A program made the translations under genes and the position numbers. A stretch of 64,000 nt of DNA from a virus. The notes beneath the pieces are model-generated. The model saw only the letters and a list, made by a program, of their open reading frames with translations. It was not told where the DNA came from and searched no databases. Shown piece after piece: positions 62,550-64,000 of this stretch (positions within the stretch are counted from its first letter, which is position 1; each line of letters starts with the position of its first letter). The DNA is taken from IMG/VR virus record IMGVR_UViG_3300025704_000003; one strand, 5' to 3'.

Positions 62550-63247
62550 AAAAAATCGTTCATACCCTGGAGCGTCATATGATTTTCATGTCCGCATGAT
62601 TTACACTTATAATCTAGCTCGTGCTTTAGGGTTGGCATTGCCTCAACAAATTCGCGAATCTTTGAAAACTGATCTCCACTTAGTGATTCGATAAACTCCA
62701 TAATCTCTTCTTCAGATTCATCTCTAAAATCAATTCTTTCTTGTGGAGTCTCAACTGCTTCAATGCAACGAGAAACCATTTTAAATGTCATTTCTGTTTG
62801 CGATTCAAATTGTCCAAGATCTAAAAGATCGTTATATCTAGGCCAACGCAACGATAGCGTAAGCTCATCAGTAATAGCCACCTTTGACTCTATTTCTGGC
62901 ACTTCAATTTGAATAGCTTCGATAGGAATAATAGCGTCATTTGATGTTTCGCATTCACTACATTTTAAACCTACCTTTGTAGTTTCACCTACTGACTTAG
63001 CTCGAATACGTGTAAACAAGTATTCTACATCAAACGTTGTAAGTTTGTTTTTGTCAATAGTATCCTGTACGCACGATTCAATGGTGTCAACAACGGCATT
63101 CATTGCTTGACCTTGATCCTGAGATTCCATCGCAAGCATAAGAACCTTTTCTTCTTTTACAAGGTACGGTCTAAATCTTACTGCTTGTTTCGTTGAGGGT
63201 ATTACTACGTCATACTTTGGTACATTATTAATTTTTGGTAAAGCCAT
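62546..63247 (-). CDS. 26: baseplate hub assembly protein gp26
   Basis: MALPKI, FRPYLVKEEKVL, DVEYLFTRIRAKSVGE, two CxxC. Confidence 0.9.
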   Translation of the reverse strand: MALPKINNVPKYDVVIPSTKQAVRFRPYLVKEEKVLMLAMESQDQGQAMNAVVDTIESCVQDTIDKNKLTTFDVEYLFTRIRAKSVGETTKVGLKCSECETSNDAIIPIEAIQIEVPEIESKVAITDELTLSLRWPRYNDLLDLGQFESQTEMTFKMVSRCIEAVETPQERIDFRDESEEEIMEFIESLSGDQFSKIREFVEAMPTLKHELDYKCKSCGHENHMTLQGMNDFL

Positions 63248-63834
63248 TATACAGATCTCCAGTCTTTATATGATAATTGCACATTCAATTCAACCATTCC
63301 ATTTTGTTCGTTATTAAACTGTATAGCGTTCATGGTTGTAGGAAACGCCTTGTCTAATACGCATGTGTACACAGATTTTGCACTCGTAAATAAATCAATA
63401 TCTATGTCTACGTTCAGCTGCCCGATATTAAAATTAATATCAATCGGAAGATCAAGAGCAGCGCCTTTTTCTAATTGTTCTATTCTCACTTCAAAACCAT
63501 ATTCGTCAGGATAATTCAAATCTTTAGTATCAAAGTTTATAATAAGACTTTGCCAATATTCAAAATACTCTTTGACCGCATAATCATTTGTAACATGAAA
63601 CGTCAATGTCACATCATCCTGAGCATACATATATGCTTGCTTAACTTGTTTCATACCAACGATACGTTCATTCGTAAGTATCTGGCGACCTGGAAGCTGC
63701 ACGTCTTTACACAATAAATTTAATTGACGAGTACTGACGATACCAGGTAAAGCAGGAAGATATACTCTAAATAAATTAGGGGAAGCAATGCCACGGCTAA
63801 TTGCACCTTTAAGTTCATCTACAGAAAATGACAT
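63247..63834 (-). CDS. tail tube initiator/baseplate protein (gp54-like)
   Basis: Start MSFSVDELK (63834); LPGRQI, FEYWQ, AFPT, VQLSYKDW. Confidence 0.75.
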   Translation of the reverse strand: MSFSVDELKGAISRGIASPNLFRVYLPALPGIVSTRQLNLLCKDVQLPGRQILTNERIVGMKQVKQAYMYAQDDVTLTFHVTNDYAVKEYFEYWQSLIINFDTKDLNYPDEYGFEVRIEQLEKGAALDLPIDINFNIGQLNVDIDIDLFTSAKSVYTCVLDKAFPTTMNAIQFNNEQNGMVELNVQLSYKDWRSV

Positions 63835-64000
63835 TAGATAGCAGCCCTTGAATCTTTGTATACAGTAGATTTGCCAGACTTTTGAAAATCTGCGGTTGGT
63901 AGAAACGTAGCGATCTCCCACTCAGGCGGAGGTACGTATGCAAACCTACTTCTTACATTTGAATTAAGATAGTGTTTAAAGCATGGCTTAAAATATTTTA
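63834..64000 (-). CDS. 2: DNA end protector gp2 (partial, 3' end)
   Basis: KPCFKHYLNSNVRSRFAYVPPPEWEIATFLPTADFQK...VYKDSRAAI*. Confidence 0.85.
   Translation of the reverse strand, partial: KYFKPCFKHYLNSNVRSRFAYVPPPEWEIATFLPTADFQKSGKSTVYKDSRAAI

Noticed and set aside
1-64000. Alternative genetic code, integrase/prophage boundary or reverse-transcriptase system
   Set aside because: Genes tile densely under the standard code, and I recognised no integrase, RT or host-chromosome segment.

Overview
This 64 kb window comes from a T4-like (Tevenvirinae/Kyanoviridae-type) myovirus. It carries uvsX, gp41 helicase, gp33, gp32, gp2, gp54, gp26/51, a tape-measure candidate, phoH, thyX, a class II RNR and TATAAATA late promoters. 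The host is probably a marine alphaproteobacterium, judged from a circularly permuted tmRNA with a GGCGGUA T-loop. Main highlights: (1) A putative new cytosine hypermodification locus sits in the syntenic slot of T4 beta-gt, between a gp42-type dCMP hydroxymethylase and uvsX. It combines a BGT-like/SGNH fusion, a PLP enzyme and an aGPT-Pplase-like DNA transferase (families known from thymidine hypermodification) with UDP-sugar enzymes, and Kdo genes lie upstream. (2) An early gene has an almost G-free coding strand (5 G in 216 nt), so its template strand is almost C-free, and it lies in a repeat-bounded cassette array. (3) The phage encodes a two-piece tmRNA. (4) A predicted -1 frameshift joins gp26 and gp51 just before the tape measure gene. 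(5) About 10 late proteins carry T4-type capsid-targeting N-termini, including two nucleotidyltransferase-like enzymes. (6) Other accessory content includes a TctA/TctC/ATP-grasp/oxygenase module, a glycan-tailoring cluster with possible PAPS supply, and about 15 TGTACA-N17-TAnnnT early promoters. All family assignments come from motif recognition by eye and need HMM or structure confirmation.
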